Shown: positions 1-9,164, counted from the stretch's first letter. The stretch is 64,000 nucleotides of DNA from Niastella sp. (GCA_017744515.1 JAGIBF010000006.1:38395-102394); one strand, 5' to 3'. Program-made: numbers and translations. The notes: a model not told the origin generated them from the letters alone.

Positions 1-1320
1 CTTACCATCTTTACCCGTATGATAACCAGCAAAAGCACGGGCGCCGCCAACAGAACCACTTTTCATTTTCATACCATTATATTCGGGCAGACAGTTGTAG
101 AAAGACGAATACCAGGGCCGCGTTTTGGCATATTGCAATACCTGCACCAGCGAACGTGTAGTAACGCGATTTTGTGGCGACAAGCCACTGCCATCCATGA
201 TATGGATAGCCGCTCTATCGATACCCTGTTGTTGCCAGAAGTTGCGTACAAGCTCTACCCCCTGTTCAGTTGTCACACCCTTTTCTCCCTTTTGAGACAC
301 CAGCGTCTTCAACAGTGCTTCGCCATACAGGTTGATGCTCCGGCGCAGGAACCAATAATTGATACTGTCAAGCGGAGGAGAAAGCAATTCACCAAGCGTT
401 TCCTGCATAACTGGCCAGCTTCTTTTATTCGCTACTTTCGCAATATATATTTTGAGAGGACCGTCATGGTCAATCTTTTGCTTATGCAGCGCCATTTGCA
501 ATTCACTTGAAAATTGTACAGGAGGATTGGTGATCGCACCCGATATCTTAAAAGTATCACCCAATGGTATAGTTCCTTGCGCAAAGCCAAATGTGGCATA
601 AGGAGACGTATAAATGTAACCATTATCTCCACTCCCCTTTTTACCGGTAGTGATCAGGTTGATGAGATCTTCAGCTTGAAAGTCAGGATTGGTACCAGCT
701 ATGGAAGTCAATTCTCCTTCCACTTTACCAGGTTTAAGCAACAGATCATATTGATTTTCCCGCCAGTTGATACCCCAACAACCGGCGCCGTAGTAATTGC
801 CAATATCATCCCATATCCAGCCGCCTGGAATAGGTTGAATGGAAAAAACAGAATCATTCAGCAATATCCTTCCATCGATCTTCGTGATCTTGTTTGCTTT
901 GAGAATAGCCACGATCCTGTTAAGCACAGAATCAGGCTTTGTATCTTTCCATCGCCAGCTACCAAGCGTAGGATCGCCGCTGCCGTTGATGTGCAGGTCG
1001 CCAGTCAATACCCCCTTCTCTATCTTACCATTATACCCGATACCTGTCTTATAACGAAACCCCTGCCCCAGCAATTCAAAAGCAGCAGCGCTTGTAAAAA
1101 GTTTTTGCGTACTGGCGGGCGCCAGCCCCACATTACTGTTATGTTCGTATACCAACGTACCAGTCCTGGCATCCGCCACATACAAACTGAAAATGGCGTA
1201 TTTCATTTGAGCATCAGCTTCGAACTGTTGCACAGCTGTTGCCAGTTTTTGCGGAAGCGATTGTGCAACCACCATGAACGAACAAAACAAACAGGCAAAA
1301 AGAAAGAAAATAGACCTCAT
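1..1320 (-). CDS. dacB: D-alanyl-D-alanine carboxypeptidase/endopeptidase (PBP4, peptidase S13); 3' end runs off the window
   Basis: Manual minus-strand translation from ATG 1320: MRSIFFLFACLFCSFMVVAQ signal peptide, SxxK motif (LAPASTQKLFT), and MKSGSVGGARAFAGY near the window edge. Absent from the ORF track because there is no stop in the window. Confidence 0.9.
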   Translation of the reverse strand, partial: MRSIFFLFACLFCSFMVVAQSLPQKLATAVQQFEADAQMKYAIFSLYVADARTGTLVYEHNSNVGLAPASTQKLFTSAAAFELLGQGFRYKTGIGYNGKIEKGVLTGDLHINGSGDPTLGSWRWKDTKPDSVLNRIVAILKANKITKIDGRILLNDSVFSIQPIPGGWIWDDIGNYYGAGCWGINWRENQYDLLLKPGKVEGELTSIAGTNPDFQAEDLINLITTGKKGSGDNGYIYTSPYATFGFAQGTIPLGDTFKISGAITNPPVQFSSELQMALHKQKIDHDGPLKIYIAKVANKRSWPVMQETLGELLSPPLDSINYWFLRRSINLYGEALLKTLVSQKGEKGVTTEQGVELVRNFWQQQGIDRAAIHIMDGSGLSPQNRVTTRSLVQVLQYAKTRPWYSSFYNCLPEYNGMKMKSGSVGGARAFAGYHTGKDGK

Positions 1321-1804
1321 AACTTGCATTCAGGTTAAGTAACACCAACCTAAGCAAAAGTTGTCAACTAACAATGAGTAGCGTTCCACAGTTTGCCTTG
1401 TCATAAAAAGTATGAGTCACATTGTTCTGAAAATCCCTGCTTGTCTTAGTTTGGCCTAATCTGTCCTAATTGGCAGGGTTTCGCTCGGCCAACAGTTGTC
1501 CCCATAGTTTGTTAGCACTACATTTGATTAGCTTCACGATTGATGACAATTGGGCAGCAGAAATGGCAGAAAGAGGAATTTAACAGGAGATTGCGAAAGA
1601 CCTGGTATAGGGCTGGAGTATAGCAGAGGTATGTCAACGGTATGTCAGAAGTATAGATAGTGTATTCAAATAGTGGAGTTGACCCAAAAGTGCAGTTTTC
1701 ACCAAAAACAGCAGGGCGGCTGATGCCCCTGCTTCATCATAAATTTAGTTCTTTGAAACCGAAGAGGGAGATTTCCCTTTTCAACCTGTTAACCTGGCAA
1801 CTAA

Positions 1805-2482
1805 TCAACCCTCCTCCTTGTACCTGATCAACCAAAACGCCATCGATCCAAACACCAATACCACCAGAGGTAAGTATATCCGATCATACAGATTTCCCTG
1901 CAGCCAACTCACATGACCGTAATCACTCAGCAATCGCCACACCACACGCAGGATATTCACCCCCATCACAAAACGAATGATCCTGTTTACACGCTGACCA
2001 CCACCAAAGAGAAAGAAGAGGATGACGTAACTGATAAAGCCGGAGAATATTAGCGGAAAGTACAACGCCTGTTGAATAGACTGGAAGGTCTGGAACTGAT
2101 CGATAATTCTTTGTAAATCCTCACCATTGCTTTTCAACGCCAATATAGGCAGGTGCTGCTGTATATAAAACAATTCAATAGAACGCAGGATCATCTCCAA
2201 TATCAGGAAGATAAAGAAGCCTGGAAAAGCAAAACGCCCCCACGCATGATTGATACGCGCAGCAATAGAACAAACAACATAATACAGGAACAACAGCCCG
2301 AACATGGCCAGCAACATCAGCCAGGAGCGAACGACGTGCAAGGGATGATATCCCTGCAACAGCTCTTCCCTGGGAGAGGCAGGCGTCGGGAATTGCCCGA
2401 ACACATACCATTGAAACGATTGAATACCTATATATACTAATGCCACTACAGCGGCAACAATGCGTATTTGTCTGTCTTTCAT
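1805..2482 (-). CDS. Hypothetical multi-pass membrane protein
   Basis: 225-aa ORF with about 6 hydrophobic segments, divergent from the AraC gene. Confidence 0.7.
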   Translation of the reverse strand: MKDRQIRIVAAVVALVYIGIQSFQWYVFGQFPTPASPREELLQGYHPLHVVRSWLMLLAMFGLLFLYYVVCSIAARINHAWGRFAFPGFFIFLILEMILRSIELFYIQQHLPILALKSNGEDLQRIIDQFQTFQSIQQALYFPLIFSGFISYVILFFLFGGGQRVNRIIRFVMGVNILRVVWRLLSDYGHVSWLQGNLYDRIYLPLVVLVFGSMAFWLIRYKEEG

Positions 2483-2620
2483 GTTGAATGATTTAACGTT
2501 AAGACCTGTAAGGTTTCCCGGGCATGTACGTAGCCAACCTGACAGGTCATACGCTGATACCCACTGTTAAAATAGAAAGACTTCCCGGCCAACGCCCCAC
2601 CACTCCCCAAAATCCCGAAA

Positions 2621-3645
2621 ATGGATAATAAAATGTTATAAACCGCCAGAAACCAGACCAGCAAAGCATTTACAGGCTATATTTAGAATATCTGAACAAG
2701 CCAGCCACCATACAGTATTACAAAACAGTTGTCAACAGGGTACAGGAGTACCTCGAAGCCAACGTGCAGGAAGATGTTTCCCTCCGACGACTGGCCGATC
2801 ATTCTTTTGTATCCTATCACCATCTCACTGATATCTTTGAACAGGTAGAAAACGAATCGATCGGTGGTTACATCAGGCGCTATCGCCTCGAAAAAGCAGC
2901 TTCACTTTTATTGTATACAGACCATTCGCTGGCCATTGTTGCAGAGAAAACCGGCTACACGGGTTCACCTTCCCTATCGAAAGCATTTGCACAACATTTC
3001 CATTGCAGCCCGGGCAAGTTCAGAAGAAAGCCACGCTTCCTGCCCCATTCTCCCAACGCCATACTGGATGGCATCGGCTCTGCAGCCGCCTACGAAACCA
3101 TATTGACAAAAGAGTTTTCATTTCAGTACCGCATAGAAACAATAAAAGACCATTACACAGTTTGCAAGCCATTAAAGATGGTGCCTGCATTTGCACAAAA
3201 ACATTTTCTGTACGATGCATACCTGCAAACAGTACATGATGACCTCGACAAAGACCTTGAAGGCCGTTTCATCATCAGGCCATTCGACTCATTGAACTTT
3301 GCACCCGCCAGCAAGTTTACCATGCACCACGGCAAACTGATTACTGCACAGGCACATGTCCGGCTATCCCAGGACCTGTACACCCGGTATGTAGTGACGC
3401 CCGTAAAAGAAGGGCAATACCTGGTGTTCGATATTCCACCCGGCTCGGTAAATGAGCACATCACCAACTACACCACCCTATTCCGTGAAAACCTGATCGG
3501 TTATAAAAAACTATTCCACCCCGAAGATTTCTACATCTTTTTACTCCTGAGCGAAGAACCGGATAAGATCGGTGAATTTTACATGTATTATTCGCCGCTG
3601 CCCCAAGAGCAAACGTCTTGCCTTTCTGACATACTAACCTTTTAA
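2621..3645 (+). CDS. AraC-family regulator (N-terminal HTH pair, C-terminal effector domain), with an apparent 1-nt frameshift near the 5' end
   Basis: AraC HTH motifs (RYRLEKAASLL, GYTGSPSLSKAF, SPGKFRR). The frame is open from 2632 and AraC-like sequence (VNRVQEYLEAN) lies upstream of the track's GTG at 2764. ATG 2621 is out of frame by one base. Confidence 0.8.
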
Positions 3646-3702
3646 TCTGTAAACGGATCCCCTTATCAACTTTTCAACTTATCACCCTATCAACTTCTCC
3701 CC

Positions 3703-3710
3703 TACCTTTG
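3703..3710 (+). promoter_or_regulatory. Bacteroidota primary-sigma -7 box (TACCTTTG) for cinA
   Basis: Matches TAnnTTTG and ends 18 nt before ATG 3729. Confidence 0.6.
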
Positions 3711-3728
3711 TTCCCCAATTCAGAAGAT

Positions 3729-4985
3729 ATGGAACAGGTTTTAGCCTCGATCATTACCATTGGCGATGAGTTATTGATAGGACAGGTAGTAGACACCAAC
3801 AGCGCCTGGATGGCGCAGGAGTTGAACAAAGCAGGCATCTGGTTGAAACGCCGGGTGGCAGTGGGCGATAACAAGCAGGAGATCATCAACGCCCTCGACG
3901 ATCAAAGCCGCGACACACAGATCATCCTGATCACCGGTGGACTCGGCCCCACGGCCGATGATATCACCAAGCCGGTACTCAACAACTATTTCGGCGGCAA
4001 AATGGTGGTAGATGAAAATGTGCTGGCCCATGTGAAGTACTTATTTGAACAGGTATACCGCCGCCCCATTACCGATCGCAACATGAAGCAGGCAGAAGTG
4101 CCTGATGTATGTACGGTATTGCATAATGCCCGCGGTTCGGCCCCCGGCATGTGGTTCGAGAAAGATGGTAAAGTATTCGTTTCCCTCCCCGGCGTACCCC
4201 ATGAAATGAAAGGCCTGATGACAACTGAAGTGTTGCCAAGATTACAGCAGCGATTTACGATGCCTTTTATTTCCCACCGTACGTTGCTGACAGCCGGTGT
4301 GGGAGAAAGTTATATCGCAGACCATATACAAAGCTGGGAAGAAGCACTTCCGGCTCACTTCAAACTGGCCTACCTGCCCAACTATGGCATGGTACGCCTG
4401 CGCATTACAGGATCAGGAACGGACAAAGCTCAACTCGATAAAGAACTGGATACCGAATTCGATAAATTAAAGATCCTCGTAAAGCATTGGATGGTGATCG
4501 ACGAGGACCTGCCACTCAACATGGTAGTAGGCAAACTGCTGAAAGAACAGGGCAAAACGATGTGCACGGCCGAAAGCTGCACAGGCGGATATATTGCCCA
4601 CATCATCACATCAGTGCCGGGCTCGAGCGCGTATTATAAAGGCAGTATAGTATCTTACGCCAATGAAGTGAAAGAAAACGTGCTGAAAGTGTCGCCCCAG
4701 ACATTGCAAACAACAGGTGCTGTGAGCGAAGAAACCGTGCGGCAAATGGTACAGGGCGCATTGGTCACCCTCAATACTGACTATGCGCTGGCCACTTCCG
4801 GCATCATGGGACCGGACGGAGGCACTGCCGAAAAACCGGTAGGCATGGTATGGGTGGCAGTCGGCAACCGGGAGAAAGTAGTGACACAGTTATTCAATTT
4901 CCGGTTCGACAGGATGCGGAATATCGAGATGACTGCGAACAACAGCCTCAACCTGTTGAGAAAATTTATTGCAGAACAAGGGTAA
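3729..4985 (+). CDS. cinA: Competence/damage-inducible protein A (CinA; MoCF-like domain + PncC NMN deamidase domain)
   Basis: IITIGDELLIGQVVDTNSAW, TGGLGPTADDIT, TAESCTGG, GAVSEE motifs. Confidence 0.95.
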   Translation: MEQVLASIITIGDELLIGQVVDTNSAWMAQELNKAGIWLKRRVAVGDNKQEIINALDDQSRDTQIILITGGLGPTADDITKPVLNNYFGGKMVVDENVLAHVKYLFEQVYRRPITDRNMKQAEVPDVCTVLHNARGSAPGMWFEKDGKVFVSLPGVPHEMKGLMTTEVLPRLQQRFTMPFISHRTLLTAGVGESYIADHIQSWEEALPAHFKLAYLPNYGMVRLRITGSGTDKAQLDKELDTEFDKLKILVKHWMVIDEDLPLNMVVGKLLKEQGKTMCTAESCTGGYIAHIITSVPGSSAYYKGSIVSYANEVKENVLKVSPQTLQTTGAVSEETVRQMVQGALVTLNTDYALATSGIMGPDGGTAEKPVGMVWVAVGNREKVVTQLFNFRFDRMRNIEMTANNSLNLLRKFIAEQG

Positions 4986-5010
4986 TGCGAACGATTGTTA
5001 GCAAAACCCT

Positions 5011-5018
5011 TACCTTTG
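5011..5018 (+). promoter_or_regulatory. -7 box (TACCTTTG) upstream of the E2 gene
   Basis: TAnnTTTG match in the intergenic region. Confidence 0.5.
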
Positions 5019-5086
5019 ACGCCTAGAAGCGCAAGACACCTTGCGTCAGAATCAATCACTAAAAAACCAAAAACCAGAATCTCATT

Positions 5087-6445
5087 ATGGCAGTTGTTGA
5101 CCTGGTGATGCCTAAGCTGGGCGAAAGTATTATGGAAGCCACTGTTTTAAAGTGGCACAAACAACCCGGCGATCCAGTGAAGATGGACGAAACCGTGCTC
5201 GAAATAGCCACGGACAAGGTGGATAGTGAAGTGCCCTCAACAGCCGAAGGCGTTATAGACGAAATATTATTCAACGTAAATGATGTAGTACCTATCGGTA
5301 CTGTCATTGCCCGCATACGTACAGGAGCAGCAGAACCTGCTACCGCTCCTGCACAAAAGCCACAACAACCAGTTACCAGCCACCAGTCACCGGCAGCCGG
5401 AAGCTGGCAATCGACAACCGTTAACCAGCCAGCTGTAGTAAACGGCAATGCCGGACGCTTCTACTCCCCCCTGGTATTGAACATTGCAGCCGGTGAAGGC
5501 GTAAGTATGACCGAGCTGGAGAAGATACCCGGCACTGGCAATGAAGGCCGCGTTACGAAGAAAGATATTTTACAATATGTAGAAGCGAAGAAAGCAGGAA
5601 ATACAAGCTTCGAGCCTCGAGCTTCGAGCTTCGAGCAGAAGCCTGCTCCAGTCCAACAACAAGCGGCCCGGGTCGTAAACGTAGAAGAACAAAAGCCGCT
5701 CGTAGCTCAAGGCTCGCAGCTCGCAGCTTATTCAGGCAACGTCGAGATCATCGAAATGGACCGTATGCGTAAGGCAATTGCCAACCACATGGTCCACAGC
5801 ACCCATACAAGCGCACACGTTACCAGCTTCACAGAAGCCGATGTTACCAACATGGTATTGTGGCGCGAACGTGTAAAGAAAGAATTCGAAAAACGCGAAG
5901 GAGAAAAACTTACCTTCACGCCCCTGTTCATCGAAGCAGTGGTACGTTGCATCAAGAAGTACCCCTGGCTCAACAGCAGTGTAGACGGAGATAAGATCAT
6001 TCTCAAGCGTGATATCAATATCGGGATGGCTGCAGCCCTGCCCTCCGGTAACCTGATCGTTCCGGTGATCAAGAATGCAGACCAGCTCAACCTGGTAGGA
6101 CTTACCAAACAGGTAAACACCCTGGCCAATAATGCACGGAATGCAAAGCTGAAACCAGATGATACGGCGGGTGGCACCTTTACCCTCACCAACGTGGGTA
6201 CGTTCGGTAGTCTGATGGGCACCCCCATCATCAACCAGCCGCAGGTAGCGATCCTGGCTGTAGGAGCTATCAAGAAAAGACCCGTGGTAATAGAAACCGA
6301 ACAAGGCGATTCAATTGCGATCCGCCACATGATGTACCTGTCCATGTCATACGATCACCGCATTATAGACGGCGCACTGGGAGCTACCTTCCTCAATGCC
6401 GTTGCCAAAGAATTGGAACATTTTAATCCCGAACGGGAAATCTAA
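5087..6445 (+). CDS. 2-oxoacid dehydrogenase complex dihydrolipoamide acyltransferase (E2)
   Basis: Lipoyl domain EIATDKVDSEVP, E3-binding GTGNEGRVTKKD, catalytic SYDHRIIDG. Confidence 0.95.
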   Translation: MAVVDLVMPKLGESIMEATVLKWHKQPGDPVKMDETVLEIATDKVDSEVPSTAEGVIDEILFNVNDVVPIGTVIARIRTGAAEPATAPAQKPQQPVTSHQSPAAGSWQSTTVNQPAVVNGNAGRFYSPLVLNIAAGEGVSMTELEKIPGTGNEGRVTKKDILQYVEAKKAGNTSFEPRASSFEQKPAPVQQQAARVVNVEEQKPLVAQGSQLAAYSGNVEIIEMDRMRKAIANHMVHSTHTSAHVTSFTEADVTNMVLWRERVKKEFEKREGEKLTFTPLFIEAVVRCIKKYPWLNSSVDGDKIILKRDINIGMAAALPSGNLIVPVIKNADQLNLVGLTKQVNTLANNARNAKLKPDDTAGGTFTLTNVGTFGSLMGTPIINQPQVAILAVGAIKKRPVVIETEQGDSIAIRHMMYLSMSYDHRIIDGALGATFLNAVAKELEHFNPEREI

Positions 6446-6472
6446 GTGTTGTGTTGCTGGCTATTTTTAAGC

Positions 6473-6500
6473 AAGCCTGGGCGAAAGCCCGGGCTTTTTT
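6473..6500 (+). terminator. Intrinsic terminator between convergent genes
   Basis: AAGCCTGGGC-GAAA-GCCCGGGCTT hairpin followed by a T run. Confidence 0.85.
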
Positions 6501-6512
6501 GTGTCCAGCCCC

Positions 6513-7007
6513 TTAATTAGCCCCATAATGCAGGTGCCTGAATGTGATCCTTGTTCCCAGAAAGCGCTTATACTTTACCACAAAAAGATTATTGAACTCG
6601 GTTTCCGGCAGGTCGGCAGCTATCGTATTGTTGTTGGTAAGCCCGTTCACAATATTATCCACGGTATTACTGTGCCCCACGATCAGCGTACTACGCTTCA
6701 ACCCCTTCAGTTTGGCTATAAACGCGGAGTCGGGCATGGGGCCATAGATTTGGGTACTCAGCGACAGCAGGTTGCGCAGCGGCTCTGCCGTGCTTTTAGT
6801 GCGAACAGTATTGGTAGAGAAGATGTAGGCGATATTTTTAGTTGCCAAAGAGTCCTTCAGCGCCTGGGCACGCTGTTCGCCAGCCGCCGTCAGTGGCGGA
6901 TCGTTGGGCGGAGTGGTCCCTTTTTCAGCATGGCGAACCACATAATAAGTATGGCTGCAAGACGTTAGCAATAAGAGCAAGGCTAAGACAGATAGCATGG
7001 ACTTCAT
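6513..7007 (-). CDS. Histidine phosphatase superfamily (SixA/PGM-like) lipoprotein
   Basis: VVRHAEK and LIVGHSNT motifs; lipobox-like LTSC. Confidence 0.85.
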   Translation of the reverse strand: MKSMLSVLALLLLLTSCSHTYYVVRHAEKGTTPPNDPPLTAAGEQRAQALKDSLATKNIAYIFSTNTVRTKSTAEPLRNLLSLSTQIYGPMPDSAFIAKLKGLKRSTLIVGHSNTVDNIVNGLTNNNTIAADLPETEFNNLFVVKYKRFLGTRITFRHLHYGAN

Positions 7008-7104
7008 AAACAATAGTTTTAACACTTTAAAGTTAAACGTCATTTCTCAACAACGGTCAAAATTTCGTAAATTCAATTAACCGCCTAAAACACAAAATTA
7101 CCAG

Positions 7105-7821
7105 ATGAAAACACTTTCCGAAACCTGGTTTGCCGATGGTTATATTGACTTCGAATTGAAGAAGTACACCCTCCTGGCCTATCTACAAGAGGTAAACAAG
7201 TATTTTGACGCCAACAAGCTCTATCCCCAATTGGCAGACGTTATTTTCCACTACAACAACTTAGTGGCCTTCCGCGAAAACAAGAAGTATCTGCAAGAGC
7301 AGTTTCCCAAAACACTGACCGGTGTACAAATGGAAAAACTGCAACTACTATACGAGCAGATCATTGAAGACGATGAAATGATGCAGGAGCTGGAAGACAT
7401 TATCAACTATGCTACCAACAAGATCAAAAAAGCCATCAGCAATGGAACAGAGATATATGAGTTTGTAGAAAACAAGCTCATTATATTCCCGGTGGGTTTG
7501 ATACCATTAGATGTGCGGGAAGGCTATTTCTTCCTGAGCGAAGGCACCCACCGCAACACCCGCGTATACCAATACCGCCTGAGCTTTTTCGAAAAGCACG
7601 ATGAAAAATACAGGGCCATCAAAACCGAATATATAGACAGGTGGGAAAGAAATACAGTGAACACCTACGAAAACATCAAGGCCGAGCTGATACGTAAGAA
7701 AAGAGACCTGCCCAACCCGGCAGTATACTCCATCGAAACAGAACTCACCTTCCCGGTCGATGAAACACTCTTACCCATCGCCAAGCGCAGCCTGGTAAGA
7801 TATATCTCCACTGCCGCGTAA
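7105..7821 (+). CDS. Conserved hypothetical protein
   Basis: 238-aa ORF with coherent soluble composition and an A-rich initiation region. Confidence 0.75.
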   Translation: MKTLSETWFADGYIDFELKKYTLLAYLQEVNKYFDANKLYPQLADVIFHYNNLVAFRENKKYLQEQFPKTLTGVQMEKLQLLYEQIIEDDEMMQELEDIINYATNKIKKAISNGTEIYEFVENKLIIFPVGLIPLDVREGYFFLSEGTHRNTRVYQYRLSFFEKHDEKYRAIKTEYIDRWERNTVNTYENIKAELIRKKRDLPNPAVYSIETELTFPVDETLLPIAKRSLVRYISTAA

Positions 7822-7840
7822 GAGAAACATATTTTGGAGT

Positions 7841-7875
7841 TTGTCATTTCGAATGAAACTCCCCCTCTCTGTCAT
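7841..7875 (+). repeat. REP-like arm, left part (GTCATTTCGAA, spacer, then a second GTCAT cut by the IS)
   Basis: GTCATTTCGAA 7843-7853; TGTCAT 7870-7875 continues as TTCGAAC at 9101 once the IS is removed. Confidence 0.85.
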
Positions 7876-7891
7876 CCTATGTTTGCTGGGA

Positions 7892-8090
7892 AGTAAATAA
7901 GAGGAGAACTTAGTTGATTATTAAAAGGTCATACAGAAGCGGAGAAAAGAATCAGATTAAGTTTTGTCATTGGTCATAAAAGACCGTTCGAAATGCTAAT
8001 GCTTTTCTCCCTTACTGCCAAATCCTGAACAGTTCATTAGGCGTTGTGAGCCTGTATGTAGGATTGATAGGAAAAAGCAGTAATACTTCT
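7892..8090 (+). ncRNA. Predicted IS110 bridge RNA (target-binding and donor-binding loops); ends approximate
   Basis: Stem GGAGAAAAG/CTTTTCTCC encloses TTTTGTCAT (7962-7970) and TTCGAAATG (7987-7995). Stem TTACTGC/GCAGTAA encloses ACAGTTCAT (8029-8037) and TAGGAT (8059-8064). Confidence 0.85.
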
Positions 8091-8111
8091 GCGTGATATA
8101 AAACTAAGTAG

Positions 8112-9089
8112 ATGGCAAAAGTAAAAAACTTTGCAGGATTTGATGTAAGTAAAAAGTTCTTTGACGTTTGTTTGAGTGTTGATGGTTTAATGTCGTCAAC
8201 TCGTTTTAGTAATGATATACAGGGTTTTAAGGCTTTATTCAGTCAGTTGGCTGTGGATACGCATTGTGTAATGGAGGCTACTGGTCCTTATTACCTGCAA
8301 CTGGCTTTTTTTCTTCATGAGCATGGTCTGAAGGTGAGTGTTGTCAACCCTTTAATTATCCGTCGCTTCTGTCAGATGCGTTTGAGTCGTGCCAAGACTG
8401 ACAAAGCGGATGCCAGGCTGATAGTGGCCTATGGGATTAAAGAGGAACCAGCTGTTTGGGAGCCGCCGCAACAATATGTGATTGAGCTACAACAATTACA
8501 GGCATTGTGTGATCAGTTTCAAAAGCATTACCGGGCTTTAAGTAACCAGTTGGAGGCATTTACTGCGAGTGGCTTACTGTGCAAAAGGCTTGAACGACAA
8601 CTTCTGAAGGAATTGGCGCATATAGAAGAACAGATAGCCGGAATAGATAATCAGATGCATGAATTAATAACCGTGCATCACGGAGAAATGATGAATAATC
8701 TGACGAGTATTCCGGGATTAGGCAAGAAAACTGCGCTGGCCTTAATCGTGTTAAGTGGTGGCTTTAAGAAGTTCAACAATTATAAGCAGTTGAGTGCTTA
8801 TGTGGGTTTAAGTCCGCGGATTTATGAGTCTGGAACAAGTGTAAAAGGTCGTTCCCGGATTTGCAAAATGGGCATGAGTCGGATACGTGCTTTATTATAT
8901 GTATGCTCCTGGAGCGCAAAACGATGTAATGCGGCCTGTAAAGAGCTCTACGACCGGTTAGTGTTGAATGGGAAAAATAAGCGACTGGCGCTGATCGCCG
9001 TGGCTAATAAGCTGATAAAACAAGCATTTACCATAGCTACCACCAATGTTGCGTATGATAAGAATTACAGGAAAAACATTTGTTTATAA
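8112..9089 (+). CDS. IS110-family DEDD recombinase (transposase), apparently intact
   Basis: GFDVSK, VMEATG, KTDKADA (DEDD), SIPGLG, GLSP..YESG (catalytic Ser region). Confidence 0.95.
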   Translation: MAKVKNFAGFDVSKKFFDVCLSVDGLMSSTRFSNDIQGFKALFSQLAVDTHCVMEATGPYYLQLAFFLHEHGLKVSVVNPLIIRRFCQMRLSRAKTDKADARLIVAYGIKEEPAVWEPPQQYVIELQQLQALCDQFQKHYRALSNQLEAFTASGLLCKRLERQLLKELAHIEEQIAGIDNQMHELITVHHGEMMNNLTSIPGLGKKTALALIVLSGGFKKFNNYKQLSAYVGLSPRIYESGTSVKGRSRICKMGMSRIRALLYVCSWSAKRCNAACKELYDRLVLNGKNKRLALIAVANKLIKQAFTIATTNVAYDKNYRKNICL

Positions 9090-9100
9090 ACACAGTTCAT

Positions 9101-9164
9101 TTCGAACCCTGCCATACGCACCCGCCTCCACAACCAGTGTACAGGGTGAGAAATCTGCTATCGA
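9101..9164 (+). repeat. REP-like arm, continuation (TTCGAAC...GTGAGAAATCTGCTATCGA)
   Basis: 9146-9159 is a perfect inverted repeat of 9642-9655; 9146-9164 is the reverse complement of 41196-41214. Confidence 0.85.

Larger units (their letters stand above)
7876..9100 (+). mobile_element. IS110-family insertion sequence (1225 bp) inserted into a REP stem
   Basis: TCAT at both junctions (7872-7875 and 9097-9100); excision restores TGTCATTTCGAAC. 236-bp non-coding left end, 11-bp right end, no terminal inverted repeats. Confidence 0.93.

Noticed and set aside
19-1338. Plus-strand ORFs 19-510 and 514-1338
   Set aside because: Antisense shadows of the minus-strand dacB, which carries the conserved motifs
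1519-1623. TACATTTG box followed by a 26-codon ORF (MTIGQQKW...)
   Set aside because: Too short, runs into a tandem-repeat tract, and has no independent support
7876-9100. IS1111-type sub-terminal inverted repeats or a classical target-site duplication
   Set aside because: No inverted repeats seen, the right end is only 11 bp, and the repeated TCAT is better explained as recombination core/microhomology
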